41,950 bases of DNA, taken from the IMG/VR virus record IMGVR_UViG_3300048853_000049, positions 1 to 41,950 of that record; one strand, written 5' to 3'. The translations under genes and the position numbers were made by a program. The DNA is from a virus (taxonomy: Duplodnaviria; Caudoviricetes). The notes beneath the pieces are model-generated. The model ran no database searches and had not been told where the DNA came from. It saw only the letters and a program-made list of their open reading frames with translations. Shown one piece after another: positions 24,476 to 34,055 of this stretch; the stretch's first letter is position 1, and each line of letters begins with the position of its first letter.

Positions 24476-24693
24476 ATCCCGCTGTCGGCATCGTCCTTCG
24501 ACTGCATCCACTTCCACAGATCGTCTGCTTCTGCGCTCGACATCTTGTCTTCACCGCCGCCATTCGCCCTGACGTGCCCATCAAACGCAGCCATGAACTG
24601 CCACATTGACATCTCGTTTACTTGCTGCGGCGTGAATCCCATTGCGGCGCCAACTCCGTAAATAGAAGCAAAGCGCCACTTGCCGTTAGGCAA
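24472..24693 (-). CDS. Tail assembly chaperone, frameshift-extension part (gpT-like)
   Basis: MGFTPQQVNEMSMWQF; open in the -1 frame from the GGGGGAG site. Confidence 0.7.
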   Translation of the reverse strand: MPNGKWRFASIYGVGAAMGFTPQQVNEMSMWQFMAAFDGHVRANGGGEDKMSSAEADDLWKWMQSKDDADSGI

Positions 24694-24698
24694 GTCAT

Positions 24699-25055
24699 CT
24701 ACGCTGCTTCTGGAATTGGCGCCTCCGGCTCCCCCACCGGCTCCTCAGGCGCTCCAAGGAGGCCGGCAGACAGAACGGCAATCGCATAGGGGTGGTTCTC
24801 GAGTGGTGGCCTCGCCTCGACGTAGGCGCGCACCTTTCTGAGCGCGGCGGCCGGCTCCATGCCGCCGCCGATTAGCCCTAGGCGGATAACGTTCGAGATA
24901 TCTTCAACGCGCCACTGGTGCGAATGCAGGCGATGCAGGACCACGTATGGCCCCGCATCTGTCTTTTCTTGGAGCTCTGCGAGTTGCCCCCAGCGGAGCG
25001 CAAAGCGGTATGTGCCGTCCGCCCAGTCTAGGTCAATCGCGGCGTCGCGGCCCAT
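24699..25055 (-). CDS. Tail assembly chaperone (gpG/GTA-gp10-like)
   Basis: WADG.YRFAL..GQLAELQE; IRLGLIGGGM; follows the tail tube gene. Confidence 0.8.
   Translation of the reverse strand: MGRDAAIDLDWADGTYRFALRWGQLAELQEKTDAGPYVVLHRLHSHQWRVEDISNVIRLGLIGGGMEPAAALRKVRAYVEARPPLENHPYAIAVLSAGLLGAPEEPVGEPEAPIPEAA
24729..24735 (-). other. Candidate -1 programmed frameshift site G-GGG-GAG
   Basis: A -1 shift continues GAGGANSRSSVDDLPNGKW into 24472-24693 with no stop. Confidence 0.6.
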
Positions 25056-25492
25056 TAGAACGTATCCGTGCGAACCAGCGCGCCGTCGGACTGCATCGAC
25101 ACATTGAGAGTGACGCGACCGCCCTGCTCCGCGCCGATTTCGAGCGATTCAACGTGCATGGAGCCAGTCCAAGTAACCGTTCCCGTCGAAAACTCGATTT
25201 CCACCTTGACGGCAACCGAATTGACGCTTTCGTAGGCGTCAAGCCAGGTCTCGACAGCGGATGCAGCGAGAACACCCTCGCCGGAGACCGACGCCGAAAT
25301 GCTCTCAACGTCTCGGCCGAGCGTGATCGGCGCATCAGGGTCATCGCAATCGGGGAGCGCAACTTCGGAAAGCGACTTCGAAAGCGTCAGCGACTTAGAG
25401 GTGAACCCGCAAGGCGCGGTGTAGGTGCCGGTGCCTGCAAGGTCGAGCAGCACGCGGAATTTGCCAAAGCGAGCCGTTACAGGCTGAGCCAT
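25055..25492 (-). CDS. Major tail tube protein
   Basis: APCGFTSKSL, PDCDDPD, SVSGEGV, QSDG; position. Confidence 0.85.
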   Translation of the reverse strand: MAQPVTARFGKFRVLLDLAGTGTYTAPCGFTSKSLTLSKSLSEVALPDCDDPDAPITLGRDVESISASVSGEGVLAASAVETWLDAYESVNSVAVKVEIEFSTGTVTWTGSMHVESLEIGAEQGGRVTLNVSMQSDGALVRTDTF

Positions 25493-25532
25493 GTCGTAAT
25501 CTCCAAATTGTAATGGTGGGTGCGGCGTGCCG

Positions 25533-25949
25533 CTAGTTGACTTCGAGAAGCGCCGTAACGCTGATTATCGCGCGATTGGTCACACCGTCGCTTTCGCGCT
25601 GGTATCGCGTGATGCGGTGGCGAATGCTCGCCAGCGCATTGGTAGGAAGAGAAATTTCAGCCTCGTGCAGCGAGGCACGGACGGCGCCGGAAAGTTTGCG
25701 GACCTGGGCATCGCTGAACGCCTCTCTGCTCCCCCACGACCAGCAATCAATCTGCATGGTCACCTCTAGGCCGTCTATGCAGTCTGCGTCGTCCGTCAGA
25801 GCGTCAGACGGACCCATCGAGATATATGGCGGCGTCAGGGCACCGTCTGGAGGCCGGTTATAGACGCGAGAGCCGACGAATGACGCAACCGTCGGGTCAG
25901 CCTTCAAGCGCGATATTACTGCGGCCGTTAGTTCATAAGTCGGATCCAC
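25533..25949 (-). CDS. Tail terminator (DUF3168-like)
   Basis: RVYNRPP..PYISMG..QIDCWS..VRASLH. Confidence 0.85.
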   Translation of the reverse strand: MDPTYELTAAVISRLKADPTVASFVGSRVYNRPPDGALTPPYISMGPSDALTDDADCIDGLEVTMQIDCWSWGSREAFSDAQVRKLSGAVRASLHEAEISLPTNALASIRHRITRYQRESDGVTNRAIISVTALLEVN

Positions 25950-26431
25950 TAGCCGCCTCCTGCTGCCACTTCTTTAGCGGATTTGTTGACGGCGCGAGTG
26001 ATGCGACTTTTGACGCGCTTGCGGTTGGCCCTGAAACTCACAAAGAAGAATGGCGATGCCGCGATTGCTGGTATCGTTGCACCAGCGAACATGCCGCCAG
26101 CAGTGTGCGCTGCCGTGCCGAATTCCACGAAGCGCGCGTAATAAGCGTCAGCGTTGCCGGCATAGATCGTGATCGTGTTCTCGCTGCCTGTATTGCGCAT
26201 GCCTTGGCCACGCACAGTAGCTATCGTCAGCGCGCCTTTGGGGGCGGTGCCCCAAGTCCAGTCAATGCTGTTTTTTAGGTCGCCGCTATCTGTCGGGACT
26301 AGCGCCCTCATCATGGCGACTATTTCGTCGGCACCTTGCTGCATCGCCTCGCGTATCCGCCTGCGCGCCGCTATCGGCAGAAGCGCAAGCTTCCTGTTGA
26401 GTCGATCGAGCCCAATAACCTTCGAACTCAT
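25949..26431 (-). CDS. HK97 gp10-family tail component
   Basis: VPTDSGDLKNSI; YARFVEFGT. Confidence 0.88.
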   Translation of the reverse strand: MSSKVIGLDRLNRKLALLPIAARRRIREAMQQGADEIVAMMRALVPTDSGDLKNSIDWTWGTAPKGALTIATVRGQGMRNTGSENTITIYAGNADAYYARFVEFGTAAHTAGGMFAGATIPAIAASPFFFVSFRANRKRVKSRITRAVNKSAKEVAAGGG

Positions 26432-26778
26432 GCCGCCGCCTGCGTGCCGATCGTCGCCATCACCTCGATGTAACGATTTTTCTGATCGGTATTCACTGGC
26501 GGAGAAGTAATGGCGTATTCGGCGCCAGATCGCGCGTCAACTGCGCGCCAGGCGGAGTCCACGGCGCGCGTGGCGACATGAGACCTCACGCGAATCGTAA
26601 CCGGTTGCAAGCCGTGCAAACGAGCGCCCATGACAGCCTCTGAGCCCATGCGCGGGATGATCTCGGCTGGATCTGTGAAGACGGTCGCGAAGTCTCCCAC
26701 AACCTCATTGCCGTATCCGTCATCACCGACGGTGCGCCGCTGAAAGTGCAGCAACGCGCGAAGCTTGCCTGCGGTCAT
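26428..26778 (-). CDS. Head closure / head-tail adaptor
   Basis: AGKLR...DDGYGN...GSEAV..ARL.G.QP..IRVR. Confidence 0.85.
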   Translation of the reverse strand: MTAGKLRALLHFQRRTVGDDGYGNEVVGDFATVFTDPAEIIPRMGSEAVMGARLHGLQPVTIRVRSHVATRAVDSAWRAVDARSGAEYAITSPPVNTDQKNRYIEVMATIGTQAAA

Positions 26779-26932
26779 TTGTCGGCCTTTCCGTGGGTTC
26801 AGCCCTGCCAGCCGCAATAGCTGCGGCCGCGCAAGCGCGCGTGACGTTCCGCACGACGCCCGCCTTGAAGGCGAGCGTAACAGGTGGCTTTGGCTTGAAG
26901 TCAAAGTCCGCCAAAAAGCGGACCCAAGCCAT
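26723..26932 (-). CDS. Small phage structural-region protein (MAWVRFLADFDF...)
   Basis: TAATG coupling to the upstream gene. Confidence 0.6.
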   Translation of the reverse strand: MAWVRFLADFDFKPKPPVTLAFKAGVVRNVTRACAAAAIAAGRAEPTERPTNDRRQASRVAALSAAHRR

Positions 26933-27336
26933 TAGAGCGCGACGTTCGGGAACTGTATGTCGACGGCGAGAACGCTCGTCGACTTCGCAAGGCCGATGAG
27001 GCAGACGTACTCTCCAGCGCCGACATCCGCTAGCGGCGCCAAGCCACCCGGCGTGTCGCTGAGATATACGGCCTGTCCAGCAGTTAGGACCGCGCCGACG
27101 GTCAGGTCTCCGCTCTTGTGAATCGTGATCGGCTGTCCGTCGCTCGCACCGTTCAGAGCGACACCGCCAGCCTGGCGAGCGGCTGCGGTTGCCGAATTCG
27201 AATCTGCCAACATCCACTTTTTCGTGGATTGATACACGGCCTTGCCGGCCACGATTGTCTCACCCGCTGTGCCGTGCACCTGCGCGGAATTGCTGCCCGC
27301 GAGGATCGCGCTCGGTGTGACTACTATATCCGCCAT
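26932..27336 (-). CDS. Putative head decoration/cement protein
   Basis: Gly/Ala-rich beta pattern AGETIVAGKAVY...GVALNGA..GQ...VYLS..PG. Confidence 0.6.
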   Translation of the reverse strand: MADIVVTPSAILAGSNSAQVHGTAGETIVAGKAVYQSTKKWMLADSNSATAAARQAGGVALNGASDGQPITIHKSGDLTVGAVLTAGQAVYLSDTPGGLAPLADVGAGEYVCLIGLAKSTSVLAVDIQFPNVAL

Positions 27337-27353
27337 ATGAATCCCTCTGCGGC

Positions 27354-27899
27354 CTACGCGCCGCGTCTATAATTTGTCAGCAGCGCGTCAAACGCCGTCC
27401 AATCGTCAATTTTTGCGTTCTCGCGAACCTCGTAGGCGTCAGCGATAAACAGCAGGATCGCGTGCTTCACGGCCGCAGGCGCATCTGCGTAACCGACAAC
27501 CGCAGTCACGGTGATGCGCGAGCCAGGCTGGATCGCTGGCCACTGCTGGCCGTATTTGGTGACGATCGCCGCCTCTAGGTCGTCGTTCCGCAGTTCGTAA
27601 ACGCTGGTCGCTAGCGTCTGCGTAGCGCCGTCGGCGTCGACATACGAGATGGACGTGACCGACGAAATTGGCGCCTCCGGCAACCGCTCGAGATCGCAGA
27701 AACCGTCGCACTTCATTTCAACGGTTTGTGTCGCGAAACGCGTGTTGCAGTATTTCTCAGCGTGATCCCGCGCCGATTCGATCATCAAGTCGATGTCGGC
27801 GTCGTCGTCACTAAAATCTATGCGCAGACGACGCTTTGCGTCTGCGGTCGTGACCGGCTCACTTGTCGCCGGAGTCGTTACCCGAGTTGGATACCACAT
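27354..27899 (-). CDS. Head-tail connector (gp6-like)
   Basis: EPVT..DAKRRLRID..DDD; PAAVKHAILLFIAD.YE.RE. Confidence 0.9.
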   Translation of the reverse strand: MWYPTRVTTPATSEPVTTADAKRRLRIDFSDDDADIDLMIESARDHAEKYCNTRFATQTVEMKCDGFCDLERLPEAPISSVTSISYVDADGATQTLATSVYELRNDDLEAAIVTKYGQQWPAIQPGSRITVTAVVGYADAPAAVKHAILLFIADAYEVRENAKIDDWTAFDALLTNYRRGA

Positions 27900-28092
27900 C
27901 AGCCTTGCCCTTCTTGCCGCGGCGTTCGAGTGCCGGCTCTGCGACAGCGCGCTCTGCCGCCTTTTCGGCAACAGGCACTGCGTAACCAGCGTCGATCAGC
28001 CGAATTGCTTCTTTGTCGGGAAACTCGCGCTCGTCACCGGGGCCGATCGAGTATTCGCTGCCAGCCAAGCCGACCAACATTCTGATTTTCAT
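27859..28092 (-). CDS. Small post-capsid protein
   Basis: GGAAGAG SD; EAIRLIDAGYAVPV. Confidence 0.7.
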   Translation of the reverse strand: MKIRMLVGLAGSEYSIGPGDEREFPDKEAIRLIDAGYAVPVAEKAAERAVAEPALERRGKKGKADVVSNSGNDSGDK

Positions 28093-28112
28093 ATTCTCTT
28101 CCTTGAAGAGGA

Positions 28113-28130
28113 GGCGGGCCGAAGCCCGCC
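28113..28130 (-). terminator. Hairpin after the major capsid gene
   Basis: GGCGGGC-TTCG-GCCCGCC; weak U tract. Confidence 0.55.
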
Positions 28131-28138
28131 GTCCAATG

Positions 28139-29404
28139 TTAGGCAGCAGCCGTGATGAGGTGCTTGATGGCGCCGGACTGGCCGATCTCGCCATCGAAGC
28201 GGATCAAACCAGCGATACCCATGTCTGGCCAAAAGCGCTCGCGCATCACACCAACGACAGGGGCGCCGACCTTGCGGACGTAAAACTTGCCAAGGTCGCC
28301 GAAGAGCATGACCTTCTTTGCGGCGGCAAGGGAGTCCATCGCTTGGTTGATGTGATAGCGACGGCCGTTGAACGAAGCCGGGATGCCCGCCTGCACGTTG
28401 CCCTGTTGCCAGAGATAATTCCCATCTCCGTCTTTCAATTTTCTGACGGCCTTCAGGGTGCCGTCATTGAACATGTAGCCCGCCTTCGGCGACTGGCGAT
28501 AGGCCGGGTCCACGGAGTGCTCGAGATCAATGATTTCATCCCAGGTGATTGCAGTCGTTGCCGCGGCAGTAACGCCAAGGGACGATCCGGTAACAATGCC
28601 GTTCGGTGCGCTTGAACCGGTGCCGGTCGTAAGCTGCAGGTTGGCAATGCGGGCCAGACGCTCGCCCAGCAGGTCGCCCAACAGGGCTTCCATGCTGAAG
28701 ATCGAGTCCATGTCGAGCTCCCACGACCACTTCACGAATTCCGTGTCGAAGGAATACGCGTCCAGAGACTTCTGCCCGAACGTGACATCCTTGCCGCCGT
28801 CATCGGTCAGTGCGGTGCCTTCGGTGTGAGCCCCGGCAGTGACGGCCGTGTCGTCAACGGTAGGCAGTTTGAGCGGATTGCCACTGCCCGTCGTGATGAC
28901 AGTGCACACGTCCGAGTTATACATCGGGCCCCAGGCCGCCATTGCCCGATCGATCTGGTTCATCAGTTCCGTCGGAACCGTGTAACCGCCGGCGCTGGCT
29001 GTGCCTGCAGTTTGAGCACGCGACTCAAATTTCGTCATGCCAGCCTTCAGGACCGCGCGCTCTTCGGCCTCGAGATCTGACGGATTGACACCACATACGA
29101 CCTTCGCGAAGACGTGGCGATATTCGAGCTTTCCACCCTCGTCGTCCTGGCCGCGGGCTTCGCCGTCGCCGCCGTTCGGGCGGTTACGTGCGCGCTCTTC
29201 GGCGGTACGACGCTCAATTTCGGCAAGTTTCTGCTCGCGTTCGATCAGCTTTTCGAGCTTGTCAAACTCAGCCATGATCGTGTCGTGGCGAGCATCGAGC
29301 TCGCCGGCGCGGGCCTCGTCTGTGTTGGCCTTGATCGCGTCGAGCGCTTCGCGGGCGTCGTGTACGAGCTTGCCGCGCTTTTCATTCAGTTCCTTGAGGG
29401 ACAT
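28139..29404 (-). CDS. HK97-family major capsid protein
   Basis: Coiled-coil delta domain; GGYTVP; LKDGDGNYLW; LFGDL; RFDG. Confidence 0.96.
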   Translation of the reverse strand: MSLKELNEKRGKLVHDAREALDAIKANTDEARAGELDARHDTIMAEFDKLEKLIEREQKLAEIERRTAEERARNRPNGGDGEARGQDDEGGKLEYRHVFAKVVCGVNPSDLEAEERAVLKAGMTKFESRAQTAGTASAGGYTVPTELMNQIDRAMAAWGPMYNSDVCTVITTGSGNPLKLPTVDDTAVTAGAHTEGTALTDDGGKDVTFGQKSLDAYSFDTEFVKWSWELDMDSIFSMEALLGDLLGERLARIANLQLTTGTGSSAPNGIVTGSSLGVTAAATTAITWDEIIDLEHSVDPAYRQSPKAGYMFNDGTLKAVRKLKDGDGNYLWQQGNVQAGIPASFNGRRYHINQAMDSLAAAKKVMLFGDLGKFYVRKVGAPVVGVMRERFWPDMGIAGLIRFDGEIGQSGAIKHLITAAA

Positions 29405-29419
29405 TCATTTCTCCATATG

Positions 29420-29442
29420 AAAAAGGCCCGCGAATGCGAGCC
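29420..29442 (-). terminator. Terminator-like hairpin upstream of the capsid gene
   Basis: GGCTCGC-ATTC-GCGGGCC then TTTTT. Confidence 0.5.
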
Positions 29443-29493
29443 GTTTGGATAAAAATGGCAGGATGGCCCTGCCCTCCGGCTACGCCGGGTGGA

Positions 29494-30102
29494 CTACGAA
29501 GCCGCCTGCCGGATGCCCCGAATTCGCTGTTCCATAGCCGCTCGCTTCTCGGCTACACGCCTGCTCGCGGCTGCTGCGTTGTGGGCGGCACCGCCTTCCG
29601 CCCTCGCCGCCTCAAGCGAGCGAAGGCCGATAGTGGTGTCTTCGTATGCAGGCCACGCCACCGCCGACACTTCGTGCAGTTCAAGTTTTTCGATGGTGCG
29701 GACAGGCGTCGCGCCGCTTTCATCCCAAGTTTCCTTGGTGACCCTAAAACCGAAACTCATCCCAGAAATGTCCTGTCTGGACACCAACTCCCACAGGTCG
29801 TTGCCATCACTTGTGTTCGGGACATCGATTTCCGCGAGCAGTCCGACCTCATCTTCCTGAAGGCGGAGCGTGCCGCTCTTCGTACGGCCAATCACGCGGC
29901 CGGGATCGTGATCGACCAGAGCTCGAATGTCGCCTTTGATGGCGTCCGCAAAAGCACCTGGGGCGATCTTCTCATCGAAGTAGCCGCCGATGCTCGCCAC
30001 ACGATCGAACTTTGCGGCATAACCGACCAGAGTTCGCTTTGCGCTATCCGCGCGAACCTCGACACCAAGGCCGCATGCGCGCTTTTCAATGTTGGTGGTC
30101 AT
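29494..30102 (-). CDS. HK97-family prohead protease
   Basis: GYAAKF, LVDHD, GMSFGF, LHEVSAV.WPAY. Confidence 0.95.
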   Translation of the reverse strand: MTTNIEKRACGLGVEVRADSAKRTLVGYAAKFDRVASIGGYFDEKIAPGAFADAIKGDIRALVDHDPGRVIGRTKSGTLRLQEDEVGLLAEIDVPNTSDGNDLWELVSRQDISGMSFGFRVTKETWDESGATPVRTIEKLELHEVSAVAWPAYEDTTIGLRSLEAARAEGGAAHNAAAASRRVAEKRAAMEQRIRGIRQAAS

Positions 30103-31367
30103 GCGGCGTCGGCCTCATCATCGGATTTGTTATCGTTGGCTGGCGGCTCTGGCGCTCCAGCCTTGTTCTGCTGCCCGTAAGTCGCCGTTCCGAGCGGCGC
30201 GGTTGCGCCCTGGAGGAACAGATCATCGCCATGCGGCTTTGCTTCCCTGTTTTCCAGAGCTCTGGCCTCATTGGGGGTCAGCAGCGCGTTCTGTACTGCC
30301 TTCGCCAGGCCATCCATGCGCGAAAGGAAATCGCCGCGCATCAATCCATCGAGAACGTGCGCAATGTAACGGTTGCCGCCGCTTCGGCCGAAGAACTTGA
30401 GATTTAGCTCATCTTCCAGAGCCTTTGCCCACTGGCCGATGAGATGCTGAACCAGCATGAGATTTTGCTGTTCGGTATTCGCCATCGTGCCATGCGTCAG
30501 ATCCTGCAGAAAAACAGGCGGCAACTGGTAGGATCTTGCGATTTCTTCCACTTGGAATCGGCGCGCTTCAACCATTTGCCCCTTGGCGGGATCCATGCCG
30601 ACGGGCTTCAGCTCGTTGCCGGGAGGGATGGGAAAAATCTGGCTGCTGCTGGATTTGGCCGCGCCTATCGCGCGTTTGATGTCCTCGTGCGCTCGCTTCA
30701 GCGCATCAGCCCCCTGCGGCAACGGACCAACCAGAGCGAGCGGAGGAACTCCTCCGCCTGAGAAAAAGTTGGAGCCGTAATCATTCATGGCAAGGGCAAG
30801 CTGTATAGCCTTCGAAGCCATGTTGATTGGGCCATAGTGCCTCAGACCGCAACTGCGGCGCATAAAGGGGACGTCGATGACATCGGCGGCATCGTATGTC
30901 TTGCCCTCAAACTCGTATGTGACCGTCAGGCCAACGCGTTTTATCGTGGTCTTGGCCGGGTCCATCGGCCAAAGCGAGTCGATACCCTGGGGAGTTCGCT
31001 CGATGTAAGCGAGGCCGCGGCCGCCAGTGAACACCTGCTGCCAAAACCATTGCCAAAACGCAAACGAGCCGAGCGCATCGTTAGGAGCGGCATTCACAAC
31101 CGTCTCGAGCTTGCCTCCGATGCGTTTTGCGCCACCCTTGCCGTCTCGGTAGGCGTGGCGCGGGAGGGCGGCAAGCGTTCGCGACAGGAAAGCAACCGCA
31201 GCCCAAACTGCTGGGACGCTCAGCGCACTGTCGATCGTGACAGCCGGCAGATTTGCAGATTGAATGCCGAAGTATGCGAGAAAGTTTTCAGCGCTGACTG
31301 GTATCGTCGGATTTTCGACATTTGAGCGCAATACAGGCGCATTCCTTCGTGTAAATGGCCATCGCAT
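30099..31367 (-). CDS. HK97-family portal protein
   Basis: PAVWAAV..LSRTLAALP; EEIAR.Y.LPP; LLTPNEAR..EN. Confidence 0.95.
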   Translation of the reverse strand: MRWPFTRRNAPVLRSNVENPTIPVSAENFLAYFGIQSANLPAVTIDSALSVPAVWAAVAFLSRTLAALPRHAYRDGKGGAKRIGGKLETVVNAAPNDALGSFAFWQWFWQQVFTGGRGLAYIERTPQGIDSLWPMDPAKTTIKRVGLTVTYEFEGKTYDAADVIDVPFMRRSCGLRHYGPINMASKAIQLALAMNDYGSNFFSGGGVPPLALVGPLPQGADALKRAHEDIKRAIGAAKSSSSQIFPIPPGNELKPVGMDPAKGQMVEARRFQVEEIARSYQLPPVFLQDLTHGTMANTEQQNLMLVQHLIGQWAKALEDELNLKFFGRSGGNRYIAHVLDGLMRGDFLSRMDGLAKAVQNALLTPNEARALENREAKPHGDDLFLQGATAPLGTATYGQQNKAGAPEPPANDNKSDDEADAA

Positions 31368-33239
31368 TCAGAATGCTCCCAAATCCGCTAGTGAAAATGA
31401 TGGATCGTCCCACGCCGACGTAGCCTGCGGGATCGCACCCGGGAGGCCATCTGCCGCGGCGCATGTCGCCATAGCGATCGTTACGAGCCCGTCGATGCGA
31501 CCACGAGAACGCTTCTTGTCAAAAGCGCGATTCCCCTGGCCGTCGGCATCGACGAGCGCGTTTCCGGCGCACATATACGTGACAGGCGAGGAGTCGATCG
31601 TGATCGACCGTTCCAAGATGCGATCCTCAAGGCGCTCAATCGCTCGCGGCATACAAAGCGCGCGGTCTTCGAACGAGACTCGTTTGCCTTGACCATGAGC
31701 CACAAGCTTGAGGCCCTGCCCTTCAGGTTTATCCGGGCCCTCGTACTTCCAGACGGGAAATCCGATTTGCTCGCATGCGCCGATAAAGTCAGCCATGCCT
31801 GCCGGGTCGAACGCGAGAAACTCAACGTCGTGCTCCGAGCAAAGCTCCTTGACCTCAGCGGCCACGAAAGTCTTGTCGATAACGGCACCAGGCACAGCGG
31901 TTAGATCCACTTCCGGATCCTCGGACCACTCGACATATTTTGCATTGTCGGAAAGAGATCGTTCAGCCAGGCCCTGCTTCGTGGTCCAGTACCAGGTCTT
32001 CGCGTAAAGGTGGCCGCGCTCGTCCGCCCATACTGCCGTGAGGGCAGTAAGGTCGTTCTTGTCGCTGAGATCGAGAGACAACCAGCATTTCCGGCCACGC
32101 TGCCTCTCGGAATCAACCCGCCCCTGAACGGCAGACCATGCATCTTCTGCGATCCAGAAATCGGCGGCCCCGATTGGGATACCGAAATAAAGGCGCTTGA
32201 CCGAAAAGGCCGTAGAGAGGAGCACGCGAGCCGTGTTGACTTCGCCGCGGATGTTCTCAACCGGAAAGGTCACGCCAAGAGCCGGCAGTGATTTCTTCCA
32301 AACGGCCTCATTGTCAAAGACCGTATCGCGATCAGCCTTGTCGACACGGCAAATAAAGGCGAACGCTTCGTCGTCGTGAACCTCGCCTGTCGCAACCTTC
32401 TGGTAGAATTCCGAATAGTCCGTGCCGACGATCTGGGTGGCCGCTGGCGTGTTGGTGCCCAACAGCATCAGGCCGTCGCCAGGCATTTTCGCAATTGCAC
32501 GCTTCCATGTCTCGATAGAGTCGTTGGTGCGGAATTCGTGAATTTCGTCCGCCGCGACCATTATCGGGCGCGGGCCGGAAATGGCCTGACCGTTTGCGAG
32601 GGACTGAAACTTGCCGCCGATCTCGGGGAACTCGATCTTCCAGGCGTTGTCGCCCTCGCCGCGGATGATCACATCGCCGCGTGATACGAGCGAATCCTCA
32701 TCGTCCTCTTCGCCGCCCGGGATGGGCGCCCGACACATTGCAACGGCGTCCTTGAAGAGGACGTTGGCCGTAGCTCGGTCTTGGCCGATCGAATACACCT
32801 CGGCGCGCTTCACGCCATACCAGCCACCCATGTATAGCCCGGTGGCGGCCATCCAAGGCGATTTCGCCTGGCCCTTACCAGTCTCCACCCAGGCTGAGCG
32901 GAAACGCATCCGACCACTATCCTTGCGCCAGCCGAACAGGCTTCCTGTGCAGAAAACCTGCCACGGCAGAAGGTTGAATGGCTTGCCTTCAGCAGCGCCG
33001 GCCGTGACCGAGAGAACGGCAGGCGGGAATTCGATCGCTCGAGCAGCGTCTTTCGGGCTCCAGTGGAGGCCGCGCTTCTGGCCCTCCCGCAGATCCTTCA
33101 AGTGCCGCTCTGCGGCCGCCATTTGGTGCTCGCCGGCAATGATCTTGCCAGCCAAAACATTCTGAGCGTACTGCGTGGTGGGGTCAGTCAGTTGCGGGCT
33201 TGAGGTACGCGTCGGCCGCGCGAGATTTCTTTTTGCCAC
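31368..33239 (-). CDS. terL: Terminase large subunit
   Basis: LLPWQ.F; Walker A GKGQAKS; Walker B VAADEIHE; LDLS..DLTA; RIDG.V. Confidence 0.95.
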   Translation of the reverse strand: MAKRNLARPTRTSSPQLTDPTTQYAQNVLAGKIIAGEHQMAAAERHLKDLREGQKRGLHWSPKDAARAIEFPPAVLSVTAGAAEGKPFNLLPWQVFCTGSLFGWRKDSGRMRFRSAWVETGKGQAKSPWMAATGLYMGGWYGVKRAEVYSIGQDRATANVLFKDAVAMCRAPIPGGEEDDEDSLVSRGDVIIRGEGDNAWKIEFPEIGGKFQSLANGQAISGPRPIMVAADEIHEFRTNDSIETWKRAIAKMPGDGLMLLGTNTPAATQIVGTDYSEFYQKVATGEVHDDEAFAFICRVDKADRDTVFDNEAVWKKSLPALGVTFPVENIRGEVNTARVLLSTAFSVKRLYFGIPIGAADFWIAEDAWSAVQGRVDSERQRGRKCWLSLDLSDKNDLTALTAVWADERGHLYAKTWYWTTKQGLAERSLSDNAKYVEWSEDPEVDLTAVPGAVIDKTFVAAEVKELCSEHDVEFLAFDPAGMADFIGACEQIGFPVWKYEGPDKPEGQGLKLVAHGQGKRVSFEDRALCMPRAIERLEDRILERSITIDSSPVTYMCAGNALVDADGQGNRAFDKKRSRGRIDGLVTIAMATCAAADGLPGAIPQATSAWDDPSFSLADLGAF

Positions 33240-33603
33240 GAGCCACCTTCGTTGCCTTGCCGCGGCTCAGCGGGTCTAGACCAAGCTTAGCCTCGAGAAC
33301 GACTATCCGAGCGTCGGCGTGCTGCATTGCAGACCAATACGGATTCCACTGCCCGATCTTGGCGCGCTTGTTGCCCGCCAGAATTGCGCCGTGCTCGGCG
33401 ACGTGCTTGGCGGCCTTCCAGTACTGCACCCTAAATTCAACGAGGCGCCGAACAGTGTGCCCGTTCGCGTCAGCGATAGTGCCGGCTGCGTGCAGATCTG
33501 CCATCACTGCAGTCCACTGCCGGCCTGCCTCCTCAGCATCACCGTGCTCAGGATACAGCCCGAACCAGTCTGGCTCGTCCAAATAAACATCCGACATGCT
33601 CAT
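33184..33603 (-). CDS. terS: Terminase small subunit (P27-like)
   Basis: EPDW; NPYW..M; LGLDPLSR; upstream of terL. Confidence 0.88.
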   Translation of the reverse strand: MSMSDVYLDEPDWFGLYPEHGDAEEAGRQWTAVMADLHAAGTIADANGHTVRRLVEFRVQYWKAAKHVAEHGAILAGNKRAKIGQWNPYWSAMQHADARIVVLEAKLGLDPLSRGKATKVARGKKKSRAADAYLKPATD

Positions 33604-33720
33604 CCCCTACGGGGATGGCGAACATCCCCCCTCTTCAAATTTGCTCGCAGTGCGTACGGAGGTGGGGCGCGGGTGCGGCGGCTGAACCGCCAGAGCTCGT
33701 CACCCACCCCCTCCGGCCCT
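33604..33720. other. Likely cos region (exact cut site not determinable)
   Basis: HNH-terS junction, where HK97-like phages carry cos; G-tracts present. Confidence 0.3.
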
Positions 33721-34032
33721 GTTCCATGGGTGTGCAGGGTCGATCGGTCGGCCGTCGATGTCGCAGCCGATGACATGACCACGCTTCTCCTCGCGCTGGA
33801 TAAGACCATCGTGGTGCGGCTGGCACACGCTCTCATGATTGTCGGGATCGATGAACAGTTCCCAATTTCCTCGATGAGGAGTGCGATGGTTCACGACCGT
33901 TGCTTCTGTGACGATCTCCGAGTGGAGACAGCGTTCACAAAGTGGTTGCCTCGATAGCTGCACGTGCCGCGCGTCTTGCCAGACCTTGAGGCCGTACCAG
34001 CGGTGGTAGGCCGATGGGGGCAGGTTCCACAC
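33700..34032 (-). CDS. Packaging-associated HNH endonuclease (HK97 gp74-like)
   Basis: QPLCERC..ATVVNH..PHRGN..LF..DN.ESVC..HH; start uncertain. Confidence 0.85.
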   Translation of the reverse strand: MWNLPPSAYHRWYGLKVWQDARHVQLSRQPLCERCLHSEIVTEATVVNHRTPHRGNWELFIDPDNHESVCQPHHDGLIQREEKRGHVIGCDIDGRPIDPAHPWNRAGGGG

Positions 34033-34055
34033 CGCAGCTACGCGATCTCTATACC

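Noticed and set aside
29434-30180. 248-aa + strand ORF
   Set aside because: Fully antisense to the prohead protease
14548-33957. Numerous + strand ORFs opposite structural genes (e.g. 16133-17029, 20267-21061, 33319-33957)
   Set aside because: Shadow ORFs typical of high-GC coding DNA; no SD or recognisable motifs
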